The notes: generated from the letters alone by a model not told the origin. Positions 31,687 to 40,719 are shown, numbered from the whole stretch's first letter. The stretch is DNA of 63,930 nt, filler included, from Sandaracinaceae bacterium (GCA_947483975.1; 3 parts of 3 records of this genome joined end to end with filler, not necessarily neighbours in it), one strand, 5' to 3'. Translations and numbers: made by a program.

Positions 31687-33140
31687 GTCGAGAGACACTT
31701 CCGAGCGGCAAGGTTCGTGTGCGGGTCGTCGTGCGCGGCAAGCGAAGGACGCTCGGCGTCTACGAGACCGACGACGAGGCCGCCCGGATGGAGCGGGCGC
31801 ACGAGTCGAACATCGCCGACAGGATCATCGAGCGCCCGGACGGGAAGACGCTGCGGGTGTTCGGCCGCGAGTGGCTGGACGACCGCGAGGTGCGCGGCAA
31901 CAAGCGCGGGCGGCGCGTGAAGGACCTCGACTCCGAGCGCTCGATCTGGGCCACGCACATCGAGACGGCGGAGTTCGTGGACTGGCCGATGGAGTCGTTG
32001 CGCACGATCGACATCGAGGAACACGTCCGCGAGCTCGCCTCGCGCAAGGTAGTGCAGAGCGTTCGGACCAAGGTTGGTGTGGTGCTGCGCCAGCGGGAGC
32101 ACACGCTCGCGACGTCCACGATCAAGCATGCGCTTCGTGTGCTGCGACAGGTGCTCGATACCGCCGTCGCCAACGAGCTCGTGCCCCGAAACGTCGCCGA
32201 TGGAGTGGCCGCGCCGCACGCAGAGGGCGGTGAGGAAAGCTGGACGTGGTTGACGGAGGACGAGATCGCGCTCGTCGAGCGCAACGTGCCGGAGCCGTAC
32301 CGCACGCCGCTGCTCTTCGCGATCTTCATGGGCTGCAGGCAGATGGAACTCTGGCGCCTCCAGCGCGGTGACATCGACCTCGTCGGTGGATGGCTCCTCG
32401 TTCGAGAAGGCGCAGACGGCTCGACGAAGTCGGGCAAGGTCAGAAAGGCTCCGCTGCTCCCGCAGGCCCGCGCACTCATCGAGGCGTGGCTCGCGAGGAC
32501 ACCACGCGCGCCGGCGTCAGACCTGCTCTTCGCCGCCCCCCGAGGCGAGCCGTATGCGAAGGGCTACGACGGCGGCTGGGATGATCGTAACGAGTGGCAC
32601 CCGCTTGCGGAGCTCGAGGCTCTCCGAGAGGACGAGCGGGCCGGCAAACTCCGCGTCGTCAAGATCGACAAGCAGGCTCGGCGGGTGCTCGTCGCGGTCG
32701 CGCGATGGCGCACGAAGGCCGGGATCACCCGCGGCGTTCGGTTCCATGACCTTCGCCACACCTGCGCCTCGCATCTCGTACAAGGGACGTGGGGACGGAA
32801 GTGGCGGCTGGAAGAAGTTCGCGACTTCCTGGGGCACAGCTCGATCTCGGTGACGCAGCGCTACGCACATCTCAGCCCCGACGGCTTGCTGCGCGCTGCG
32901 CGAGAGACCGTGGGAAGTGCGCCGACGGCGCGCACGTCGCTCGCAATCGTGCCCACGGAGCGCCCACGAGCGGTCCAAGTCGTTGAAAATACAGGCGAGA
33001 GTGCGGATCTTCTAAGCCGACGGTCCCGCGTTCGATTCGCGGTGGGCGCGCTCCTTGTTTTACAAGGGGATGAGCCGCTTTTCGCGGGGTGGATTGTCGA
33101 GCGGCGGGCGGCCGACCGGCGCGGCGCGTCTAGCGCGTGA
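31683..33140 (+). CDS. int: Tyrosine recombinase / integrase
   Basis: Catalytic GCRQMEL (R), TKSGK (K), FHDLRHT (HxxR), LGHSSISVTQRYAH (H, Y). ATGA coupling to the upstream ORF. Confidence 0.95.
   Translation: MSRETLPSGKVRVRVVVRGKRRTLGVYETDDEAARMERAHESNIADRIIERPDGKTLRVFGREWLDDREVRGNKRGRRVKDLDSERSIWATHIETAEFVDWPMESLRTIDIEEHVRELASRKVVQSVRTKVGVVLRQREHTLATSTIKHALRVLRQVLDTAVANELVPRNVADGVAAPHAEGGEESWTWLTEDEIALVERNVPEPYRTPLLFAIFMGCRQMELWRLQRGDIDLVGGWLLVREGADGSTKSGKVRKAPLLPQARALIEAWLARTPRAPASDLLFAAPRGEPYAKGYDGGWDDRNEWHPLAELEALREDERAGKLRVVKIDKQARRVLVAVARWRTKAGITRGVRFHDLRHTCASHLVQGTWGRKWRLEEVRDFLGHSSISVTQRYAHLSPDGLLRAARETVGSAPTARTSLAIVPTERPRAVQVVENTGESADLLSRRSRVRFAVGALLVLQGDEPLFAGWIVERRAADRRGASSA
33009..33051 (+). 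other. att site: duplicated 3' half of tRNA-Arg(TCT)
   Basis: CTTCTAAGCCGACGGTCCCGCGTTCGATTCGCGGTGGGCGCGC contains the TCT anticodon loop, T-arm (CCGCG-TTCGATT-CGCGG) and 3' acceptor strand. No 5' half or CCA. Confidence 0.85.
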
Positions 33141-33912
33141 GGCAGCGCGCGGAGGTGCGCAGCATCAGCTGGTAGTCGAGGTCTTGGGGGCTGACCGTCG
33201 CCAGGATGCGCGCCCGATCGGCGAGGCCGACGTTGCAGAAGCCGGCGTCGACGTAGCACTGCTCGTGGCTCGCGAAGGCTGCCGCGCGGACGTCGGTGCA
33301 GGTGGCGGTCGGGGCGATGTCGGACTCCATCACGCGCATCAGGCACCGCCGAACGTCGTGCATGAAGGCTCGTCCGACGGGCGTCATATGGGGCGTGGTG
33401 ACTTGCATGTAGCGGAGGCAGTACGCGTAGCCGAAGCCTTGGTAGTAGCCCGCATCGCCGCAGCTCATGGGCGCTTGGGCGTCGCGACAAAGGTAGTAAT
33501 CGCACTGCGCGCAGTCTTCGCGGTCGATGTACGCGGCACAGCTAGACTCGAGGCCGGCGACGCCGCAGCCCGGGACGCTGCACGCCGAGTACACCCCGAG
33601 GCGGCAGAGGAGGTTCGCGGCGCGATCCGACTTGTCGTCGCCGAAGGCGCTGCACGGCTCAGCCAAGATCGCCGCGGCGTCGTCGGCGTTGCACGCGCTC
33701 TCCGCAATCTCGACCCCGAGGCAGGTCGTGACGTGCGCGCGCGCGTCCGCGCAGAGCGCGTCGGAAGTGGCCGGAGAGGCGTCGACGGCGCAACCCGCGA
33801 CGGCAGCGATGAGCGGCAGCGCGAGCAGGGTCAGGCTTCGTGAGGAGAGCAGCACGGATGGGAGCGCCGATCGAGTGGAGGGCGGAGAGGCGAGCGCAAC
33901 TATGCGCGCCAC
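33130..33912 (-). CDS. Cys-rich lipoprotein with stanniocalcin-like domain
   Basis: VAGC lipobox. C.YY.C...CG..GY..GFG..YC...G..FM..V..CL...C..V...AF.SH..CY...GFC pattern. Start may be GTG 33855. Confidence 0.7.
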   Translation of the reverse strand: MARIVALASPPSTRSALPSVLLSSRSLTLLALPLIAAVAGCAVDASPATSDALCADARAHVTTCLGVEIAESACNADDAAAILAEPCSAFGDDKSDRAANLLCRLGVYSACSVPGCGVAGLESSCAAYIDREDCAQCDYYLCRDAQAPMSCGDAGYYQGFGYAYCLRYMQVTTPHMTPVGRAFMHDVRRCLMRVMESDIAPTATCTDVRAAAFASHEQCYVDAGFCNVGLADRARILATVSPQDLDYQLMLRTSARCLTR

Positions 33913-33960
33913 CGGCGCGTGGGCCAGCAGGGAGACTTGCCGTGTCTCCGGCCCGGGGAG

Positions 33961-33988
33961 CCCGCGTCCGATTCGCGGTGGGCGCGCT
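33961..33988 (+). repeat. Second, degenerate copy of the tRNA-Arg 3' end (older att scar)
   Basis: CCCGCGTCCGATTCGCGGTGGGCGCGCT is 27/28 identical to 33025-33052. Confidence 0.85.
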
Positions 33989-34035
33989 GCCTCGGGGTGA
34001 GGCTTCTCTCGCGCTGTGCGCGCTTGGAGCGTCGG

Positions 34036-34404
34036 TCAGTGGCGATGCAGGTGCAGGCCACCGGGCATCATGGCCGCCGCGATGACGCCCATCAGGATCG
34101 ACCCGAGCAACATCACGAGCGTGAAGGCGACGAGCGAAGCGCCCGCCGCGCCCAGGAAGAACGAGAAGTCGGCCCAGCGACGCGCGGGGTCGGCTGCGTC
34201 GAGCGTCTTTCGGCCACGCCAGCCTGCGAAGAGCGCGTAGAACCAGCCGAGCACGCTGACAGGCATCACGATCGTCGTGATGCCACCGGTGAACGGCAGC
34301 AGGCATCCAGCCAGGAAGAAGAGCGCGTTCGACAGGACGCCGACGATGACGCCGCTTCGCGCGATGGCGCGGTTGACTCCAGTGATGCCGCTCGAATCCG
34401 TCAC
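34036..34404 (-). CDS. Small membrane protein
   Basis: 122 aa with about 3 hydrophobic segments. Confidence 0.6.
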   Translation of the reverse strand: MTDSSGITGVNRAIARSGVIVGVLSNALFFLAGCLLPFTGGITTIVMPVSVLGWFYALFAGWRGRKTLDAADPARRWADFSFFLGAAGASLVAFTLVMLLGSILMGVIAAAMMPGGLHLHRH

Positions 34405-34463
34405 AGGCGGCTACTGTATCGCGCTCTGCTGAGAGCGCGCGAGCGGCGTCGTCTGCGCGGCGC

Positions 34464-35669
34464 TCAAACTCGCACACGCTGCGCCGCCGCGAGGAGCGCG
34501 CTCGGGTAGACGACCCCGCGCCACTCGATGCCACGCAGGCGCGCGCCGACGAGGCCAGAGCGCAGCGAGAGCCAGGCGATGCCGAGAAAGCCGAGCGGCC
34601 AGAGCAGCGCGGCGCGCCACGGGCGCCCTGTGACCGACGCGGCGAGGGCGACGGCGACGGTCATCGCGACGTAGCCTGTCGCGCACAGCACGCGGAGTGG
34701 CGCGGACACAGGGAGGAGCGCTGCAACGGCAGAGAGGGCGATCCACGAGGCGAAGAGCGACAGCGCGATCGCCCGCAGTAGCGAGAAGCGCGCCATGATC
34801 GCGAAGAAGTTCTTTTGCATCGCGCGCGCCATCTCGCCGAAGGACGCGTACCACTCGAGGGTGACCTCGGCTCTCGCGTTGACGATGGCGCACTTGCCAC
34901 CGTGAGTCTTCATCAGGAGCATCAGCCCAAAGTCGTCGGCGACCTCGAGACGGAGCCACTCGAAGCCGGGCGTCCGGTCGAAGGTGGCTTTGCGCACGAG
35001 GATGAACGCGCCAGTCGCGGCGACGTGTCGCGACCTCGGGTCCACTACACTTCTCAGGCGATCATCGTTGCTCATCAAGGCGAGTGAGACGTCGAATACC
35101 GCATCTCCGAGCAGGCCCGCGGTGGTCATTTGAGGCACGACAGACAGGCAATCTAGCTGGTTGCGAACTGCATACGAAATCGCGCGCTTCACCGTGCGCT
35201 GGCCGAGATGCGCGTCTGCGTCCATCAGCAGAAGCCACTCGCCGTCGCCGCGCGAAGCGCCGACCTGCAGCGCATGGACCTTGCCGAGCCAGCCTTCGGG
35301 CAGTTCGCGGATGTGCTCGACCGTCAGGCGGGGGTCCTCTCTCGCGAGGGCATCGAGTAGCGCGCCCGTCGCGTCGGTCGAGCGGTCGTCTACCGCGATG
35401 ACGGAGACGTCGGGATAGTCGAGGGACAGCATGCTTCGCACGGCGCTCTCGACGTGGCGCTCCTCGTTGCAGGCGGGAGTCACGATGTGGAGTCGCGGCC
35501 AGTGGTCGCGCTCTTCGTAGGGCACGCGGCGCAGCTCGGGGAGTCGCCACAGCCCACGCACGGTCGACGCGAGCGTGTACACGCCGATCAGCGCGGGCAC
35601 GACGACGATGAGCAGGTAGGCGAGCGTCACGGAGGCGTCAACATAGGCGAAGCGCCCGCGAGGACGCAA
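34464..35669 (-). CDS. Glycosyltransferase family 2 with TM segments
   Basis: TPACNEE, DDRSTD, GWLGKVHAL, MDAD, VADDF motifs. Start uncertain. Confidence 0.9.
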   Translation of the reverse strand: MRPRGRFAYVDASVTLAYLLIVVVPALIGVYTLASTVRGLWRLPELRRVPYEERDHWPRLHIVTPACNEERHVESAVRSMLSLDYPDVSVIAVDDRSTDATGALLDALAREDPRLTVEHIRELPEGWLGKVHALQVGASRGDGEWLLLMDADAHLGQRTVKRAISYAVRNQLDCLSVVPQMTTAGLLGDAVFDVSLALMSNDDRLRSVVDPRSRHVAATGAFILVRKATFDRTPGFEWLRLEVADDFGLMLLMKTHGGKCAIVNARAEVTLEWYASFGEMARAMQKNFFAIMARFSLLRAIALSLFASWIALSAVAALLPVSAPLRVLCATGYVAMTVAVALAASVTGRPWRAALLWPLGFLGIAWLSLRSGLVGARLRGIEWRGVVYPSALLAAAQRVRV

Positions 35670-35798
35670 AAGGCGCGCTCGAGGACGGCCGAGCGCTCGC
35701 TATTCGTGGGCCAAATCAGGCACGATGAGGCGGTGAAGGAAACTCGGGACGATTCACGCAGCGCCGCTCGGCCCACGCTCGACGGGGGCGCTGGAACG

Positions 35799-36266
35799 AT
35801 GCCGTGCTCGCTCGCGCGGCGCTCGCAGCGACTCGTCTCGGCGCTCTGCGGCTTGCTCGCGCTCGGCACCGCCTCGGCGGCCGTGGCGTTGTCTCCTCCC
35901 GCGCGAGCGGGCGGCGCCAAGGTGCAGCAGTCGGTCTGCAACGTGACCGGGGCGTGGCGCGGGACGGGCCTGGACGTCGCGGGCACGCGCTGGCGATTCG
36001 AGCTCTCGCTGACGCAGGCCGACACCGCCGTCGAGGGCTTCTTCGACTGGCACGCGGGCGGAGGGGATGACGGGAGGGAGCGCGTCGCCGGGCGTGTCGA
36101 CTGCCGCGCGCGGCGCCTCGCGCTCCGTGGAGTCGCCCTCGAGCACGCGCCGGCGCTCGCCCTCGCGCGCTACGAGCTCGGCCTGAATCCCGCGTTCACG
36201 GTGCTCGCGGGGCGCTGGCTCGGTGGCGTTCCGGGCACGCTTCGCGCCACGCGCGTCGCGCAGTGA
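35799..36266 (+). CDS. Hypothetical secreted beta-rich protein
   Basis: Signal peptide and VTGAWRG motif. Confidence 0.55.
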   Translation: MPCSLARRSQRLVSALCGLLALGTASAAVALSPPARAGGAKVQQSVCNVTGAWRGTGLDVAGTRWRFELSLTQADTAVEGFFDWHAGGGDDGRERVAGRVDCRARRLALRGVALEHAPALALARYELGLNPAFTVLAGRWLGGVPGTLRATRVAQ

Positions 36267-36323
36267 GGGTGTGACGGGGGCGTTCGCGGTCGTCGATCGC
36301 GGCGAGTCGCCTCGCCCGCGCGC

Positions 36324-36908
36324 TCAGAGGGGCGCGCCCGAGTCGATCCAGCGGAGGAGTTCGAGTCGCTCCGCGCAGGACGGTCGTGGCTCGACGGGCG
36401 GCATATAGGCCGATACTCCGACGTCGTAGCGAATCAGCACCAGATTGGCGTGCACGGCGGCGGGCACGTTCCAGTCGAGGCCCAGCGGTGCGTAGTTGCG
36501 CTCGACGGCCGTGACGAGCGTCGAGGAGTGGCAGGACGCGCAATACACGCCGAAGAACATCGGTCCGGCCCACGTCGTGTAGGTGTGTCCGCCGAGGTCC
36601 TCGCCGGGCGCGGCGGTCGCCTCGGGGTGCGGCACGCAGCCGTGGACCAACCCCGCGTCGAAGCCGGCGTCGGCCGTGGTGCTCGCGTCGGCGTCGGTGC
36701 TGGCGTCTGCCGCTGCGCTCGCGTCGTCGTCGCCCGCGTCGACCGATGTGCCTGCGTCGTCGCGCGGCCCAGCGTCGTCGGGGCGCGTGCCGGAGTCGCC
36801 TCCGGCATCGGCGAGCGTACCCGCATCGGCCGCGGGGGAAGTGTCGTCGCCGCAGGCAGAGAGGCCCGCGAGCAGCAGCGTAACGAAGACCGCGAGACGT
36901 AAGTGCAT
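36324..36908 (-). CDS. Lipoprotein with a single c-type heme motif
   Basis: LSAC lipobox, DAG linker, CASCH, MPP and W..SGAP motifs. Confidence 0.75.
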   Translation of the reverse strand: MHLRLAVFVTLLLAGLSACGDDTSPAADAGTLADAGGDSGTRPDDAGPRDDAGTSVDAGDDDASAAADASTDADASTTADAGFDAGLVHGCVPHPEATAAPGEDLGGHTYTTWAGPMFFGVYCASCHSSTLVTAVERNYAPLGLDWNVPAAVHANLVLIRYDVGVSAYMPPVEPRPSCAERLELLRWIDSGAPL

Positions 36909-36994
36909 CGCCACAGCATGGCAGAGTCGCGCCTCGTTCGGCGCCGGGGCGATTTGCCTTTCGCGCCGGGGCCTGTCGCGCGACGCTCGGCGCC

Positions 36995-37894
36995 GTGAAG
37001 AACTTCGCCCACCTGCCTCCCACGACTCGGCTCGGAGACCTCGAGGTCTGTCGCCTCGGCTTCGGCGCCATGCAGCTCCCCGGGCCGATGGTCTGGGGCC
37101 CGCCCCGCGATCCGGCAGCCGCGCGCGCCGTGCTGCGGCGCGTCGTGGAGCTCGGGATCAACCTGATCGACACCTCTTGGTACTACGGGCCTCATGTCTC
37201 GAACGCGCTGATCGCCGAGACGCTGCACCCCTATTCGGACGACCTCGTGCTCGTCACCAAGCTCGGCGGTCGGCGCACCGACGACAAGGGTTGGGCGTCG
37301 GCGCTGCGTCCCGAGGAGCTCCGAAAGGGCTGCGAGGAGGACCTCCGCGCGCTCAAGCTCGAGCGCATCGACGTCGTTCATCTGCGCTGGATCGGCCACA
37401 CCGAGGTGCCGTTTCGCGAGGCGCTCGACGCGATGATCGCCCTGCAGCAAGAGGGCAAGATTCGACACCTCGCGCTCAGCAACGTCTCGCCGGCGCAGCT
37501 GCGCGACGCGCTCGCGCGCACGCCGATCGTCGGCGTGTCGAACCTCTACAACGTCGCGCACGGCGAGCAGCGCCTCGGCAGCTTGCCGCACGCGTCGACC
37601 GAAGGGCAGGAGGAGATCGTCGACCTCTGCGCCGCGAACGGCCTCGCGTTTCTGCCGTTTTTCTCGCTCGCGATCCCCGGTCCGCCGCGTCGCAACGAGG
37701 CGCTGAGCAGCGTCGCCGCGCGCCTCGGCGCGACCGAGACGCAGGTCGCCCTCGCGTGGCTGCTCGCGCGCTCGCCGACCATCGTGCCGATCCCCGGCAC
37801 GAGCTCGCCCGCGCACCTCGAGCAGAACTGGGCCGCGCGGACGCTCGCGCTGAGCCAGGAGGACTTCGACGCAATCTCCGCGGCGCGCGCGTAG
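36995..37894 (+). CDS. Aldo/keto reductase
   Basis: RLGFGAMQL, IDTSWYYG, GKIRHLALSN, IPGTSS motifs. Confidence 0.92.
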   Translation: MKNFAHLPPTTRLGDLEVCRLGFGAMQLPGPMVWGPPRDPAAARAVLRRVVELGINLIDTSWYYGPHVSNALIAETLHPYSDDLVLVTKLGGRRTDDKGWASALRPEELRKGCEEDLRALKLERIDVVHLRWIGHTEVPFREALDAMIALQQEGKIRHLALSNVSPAQLRDALARTPIVGVSNLYNVAHGEQRLGSLPHASTEGQEEIVDLCAANGLAFLPFFSLAIPGPPRRNEALSSVAARLGATETQVALAWLLARSPTIVPIPGTSSPAHLEQNWAARTLALSQEDFDAISAARA

Positions 37895-37974
37895 GCGGTG
37901 CAGCGGAGACGCCCTCGCAGCGCCGAACTTTGCGCCGCGGTCGGCGCCGAAATCGAGGTAAAGTCACAGCCACG

Positions 37975-39582
37975 ATGACTCGACAAGCTGTCCTCTGCAC
38001 GCTCGCGTGGATGGTCGTGGCGGGCTGTGCCACGGGCTCGCGCCGGGACCCGGTGCCGACGCCCGGCTACGACGCTGGGCACGTCGACTTCGGGGTGCGC
38101 GACGCCGGGCAGGTCGATCTCGGCAGCGACGCCGGCGCAACGGACCTCGGGCTCCCCGACGTGGACCTCGGGCTGCCCGACGTGGATCTCGGGCTGCCCG
38201 ACGTGGACCTCGGGCTGCCCGACGTGGATCTCGGGCTTCCAGGCACCGACGCGGGCGTCGATTCCGGTGTGGATTCGGGAGTCGATTCTGGGGTGGATTT
38301 GGGCGTCGACGCGGGCGTCGACCGCTGTCGGCGGGTCGATTGCTCCGCGCTCACGGCGGGTTGCTTCGTCGGAGTCTGCGTGCCGGCGACGGGCGCTTGT
38401 ACGGCGACCGCGGTGCCCGATGGGACGGCGTGCAGCGACGGAAACACCTGCACTGCGGGCGACGCGTGCAGCGCGGGAGTGTGCGCGGGAGTTGCCACCG
38501 ATTGCTCGGCGCTCTCCGGCGCGTGCGGGGCGGGCGCGTGCGATGCGACGACGGGAGGCTGTCATGTCGTGCCGGTGATGGACGGCACGAGCTGCGGGGC
38601 GATGAGCGGCTGCGCGTCGCCGCTCTGCGCGGCGGGCGCGTGCGTGTCCGTGCCGAGCGCGGACTGCGTAGCTTGCGGCCCCGGTTCGGTGTGCGCTGCG
38701 GGGCTCTGCGGCGCGCCTCCGACGACGCTCACCTACGACTTCGAGAGCGGCGTCGTCCCGGCGGGCTGGACCAACGGCGCAGGCGGTACGGCGCCGTGGA
38801 CCCTCGTGTCCGGGCGCACGCACGGCGGCACGGGCGCGCTGAGGTCAGGCGCGATCGGGGACGGCGCCGTGTCGCGCATCTCGATGCCCATCACGTTGTC
38901 GACCGGCGCGACGATGTCGTTCTGGCTCAACACCTCCACCGAGACCTGCTGTGACCATCTGGAACTCTGGGTGGACGGAGTGCTGAGCGGGCAGTGGCAG
39001 GGCACCACCGCGTGGACGCAGGCGAGCGCGGCGGTCTCCGCGGGCGCGCACACGCTCGAGTGGCGCTACACGAAGGACGGCTCCGTCTCGAGCGGCTCGG
39101 ACGCCGTGTGGATCGACGATGTGACGTTCGCGCTCGAGAGCAGCCCCAACACGGGCTTCGAGGGCAGCGCGGCCCTGCCGGCGGGCTACACGACGGGCGG
39201 CACTCTGCCGTGGGTCATCGACGCCTCGATCCCGCACGCGGGAGTGAACGCCGCGGCGAGCGGGCGCATCACGCACTCGCAGACGAGCTCGATGTTCCGC
39301 TCGGTGAACGTCGCGAGTCCGTCGCCGCTCACGTTCTGGTATCGAGTGCAGACTGAGTCTTGCTGTGACCATCTCCTCGTCTACGACAACGGCGTGCAGC
39401 TCGCGTCTTATCAGGGCGATGTGCCTTGGACGCTGGCGACCTTCACGCTCGCGACGGGCCCGCATCGGCTCGAGTGGCGCTACTCGAAGGACAGCTCCGT
39501 TTCGACGGGGCTCGACCGCGCCTTCGTCGACGACATCGACTTCGGCTTCACGCCCGGAACCGGCCCGCTCTGTGGTCTGTAA
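37975..39582 (+). CDS. Cys-rich lipoprotein with two tandem jelly-roll-like domains
   Basis: VAGC lipobox. Twice-repeated FW...ETCCDHL...G.H.LEWRY.KD.SVS.G.D...DD module. Confidence 0.75.
   Translation: MTRQAVLCTLAWMVVAGCATGSRRDPVPTPGYDAGHVDFGVRDAGQVDLGSDAGATDLGLPDVDLGLPDVDLGLPDVDLGLPDVDLGLPGTDAGVDSGVDSGVDSGVDLGVDAGVDRCRRVDCSALTAGCFVGVCVPATGACTATAVPDGTACSDGNTCTAGDACSAGVCAGVATDCSALSGACGAGACDATTGGCHVVPVMDGTSCGAMSGCASPLCAAGACVSVPSADCVACGPGSVCAAGLCGAPPTTLTYDFESGVVPAGWTNGAGGTAPWTLVSGRTHGGTGALRSGAIGDGAVSRISMPITLSTGATMSFWLNTSTETCCDHLELWVDGVLSGQWQGTTAWTQASAAVSAGAHTLEWRYTKDGSVSSGSDAVWIDDVTFALESSPNTGFEGSAALPAGYTTGGTLPWVIDASIPHAGVNAAASGRITHSQTSSMFRSVNVASPSPLTFWYRVQTESCCDHLLVYDNGVQLASYQGDVPWTLATFTLATGPHRLEWRYSKDSSVSTGLDRAFVDDIDFGFTPGTGPLCGL
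38143..38310 (+). repeat. 21-bp (DLGLPDV x4) and 12-bp (VDSG) coding tandem repeats
   Basis: Directly visible. Confidence 0.85.
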
Positions 39583-39600
39583 TAGAGGAAATACCCCCTG

Positions 39601-40635
39601 ATGATCACGCCTGGAGAGACCGTCGATCGTGTGGTGGGGCTGCTGTCGCACGCGCTGCATGGGTGGCGCGGGGTGGAGGTCAACACGGCCGACGACCTCG
39701 GTCCGTACCTCGATCTTCCCGCCGAGGTGATGTTTCCGCGTCCCGTCGTGCCGCGCGACATGAAGCTTCACAAGGCGCGCTTGCGCCTCGGCGCGCGCGT
39801 GACCGACACGCTGCGCTGGCACAGCCAGCACGTCCCTCTTTGTCCGCACTACCGGGTGCGGCACGCGGGCGAGTACTTGCTCAATCAGCGCGTGACGGCG
39901 CGCTGGATTCACCCGCGCACGGGTCCACGCAAGCGCGCGCTCGTGTACGTGCACGGCTGGCTCGAGCCTGGCCCGTGGGTCGAAGAGGCGGCGCTGCTCC
40001 CGCACTTTCACGACGCGCTCGGCGTCGATGTGTTCCACGTTCAGCTGCCTTTTCACGGCAGCCGGAACCCGCGCAGCGCGCTCTTCCATGGGGAGTTCTT
40101 CTGGAGCGCGGATCTCGTTCGGACGGTCGAGTCCGTGCGTCAGTCGCTGATCGACGTGCGCACGCTGATCGCCTGGCTCCGCGCGACGCAGGGCTACGAG
40201 CAGATCGGCGTGACGGGCATCAGCCTCGGCGGCGGGATCACGATGGCGCTCGCGTGCGTCGACCCGCCCCCCGACTACATCATCCCGATCATCGCGCACC
40301 TCAAGCTGGGCGAGGCGGTCGAAGAGGCGCCGATCCTCTGGCGCATGAAGTCCGATCTCGAGCGCTTCGGGATCGACCGCGCGCACCGCAAGGAGCTCTT
40401 TCGCCGCATCGGGCTCGAGACGCTCACTCCCGTGCTCGCGCCTTCCCAACAGCTCTGGATTCCCGCGACCGACGACGCGTACATCACCGCGCCGCTCGTC
40501 ACGCAGCAGTGGCACGAGTGGGGCGAGCCCCCGATCGAGTGGCTCAAGGGCGGCCATATGACGTTCCCGCTCTCGCTCGGCCGTATCTCCGCGCGGATGA
40601 AGGACTTCGTCGACGCGCAGCCAATCCGGCGCTGA
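39601..40635 (+). CDS. Alpha/beta hydrolase
   Basis: VHGW, PFHGSR, GVTGISLGG nucleophile elbow, GGH. Confidence 0.85.
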   Translation: MITPGETVDRVVGLLSHALHGWRGVEVNTADDLGPYLDLPAEVMFPRPVVPRDMKLHKARLRLGARVTDTLRWHSQHVPLCPHYRVRHAGEYLLNQRVTARWIHPRTGPRKRALVYVHGWLEPGPWVEEAALLPHFHDALGVDVFHVQLPFHGSRNPRSALFHGEFFWSADLVRTVESVRQSLIDVRTLIAWLRATQGYEQIGVTGISLGGGITMALACVDPPPDYIIPIIAHLKLGEAVEEAPILWRMKSDLERFGIDRAHRKELFRRIGLETLTPVLAPSQQLWIPATDDAYITAPLVTQQWHEWGEPPIEWLKGGHMTFPLSLGRISARMKDFVDAQPIRR

Positions 40636-40719
40636 ACGGCTCGTGTCTCGCTCTACACTGCAGGCTCTCGCAGCGCTCGTCGTTCTCATCGTTCTTCACT
40701 TCCCCTTCGGAGACTCCTA

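Larger units (their letters stand above)
25654..33051 (+). mobile_element. Integrative element (phage-satellite-like or prophage end) inserted at tRNA-Arg(TCT); left part missing
   Basis: xis-like HTH, primase-helicase-PolA gene and tyrosine integrase co-oriented and ending at a tRNA 3'-half repeat. Codon usage less GC3-biased than the host. Confidence 0.85.

Noticed and set aside
32990..33055. Possible intact tRNA-Arg gene
   Set aside because: No D-arm or 5' acceptor strand, broken anticodon stem and no CCA. It is only the 3' half (att duplication).
33896..33911. Sigma-54-like promoter on minus strand (TGGCGCGCATAGTTGC)
   Set aside because: GG to GC spacing is 11 nt rather than the required 10.
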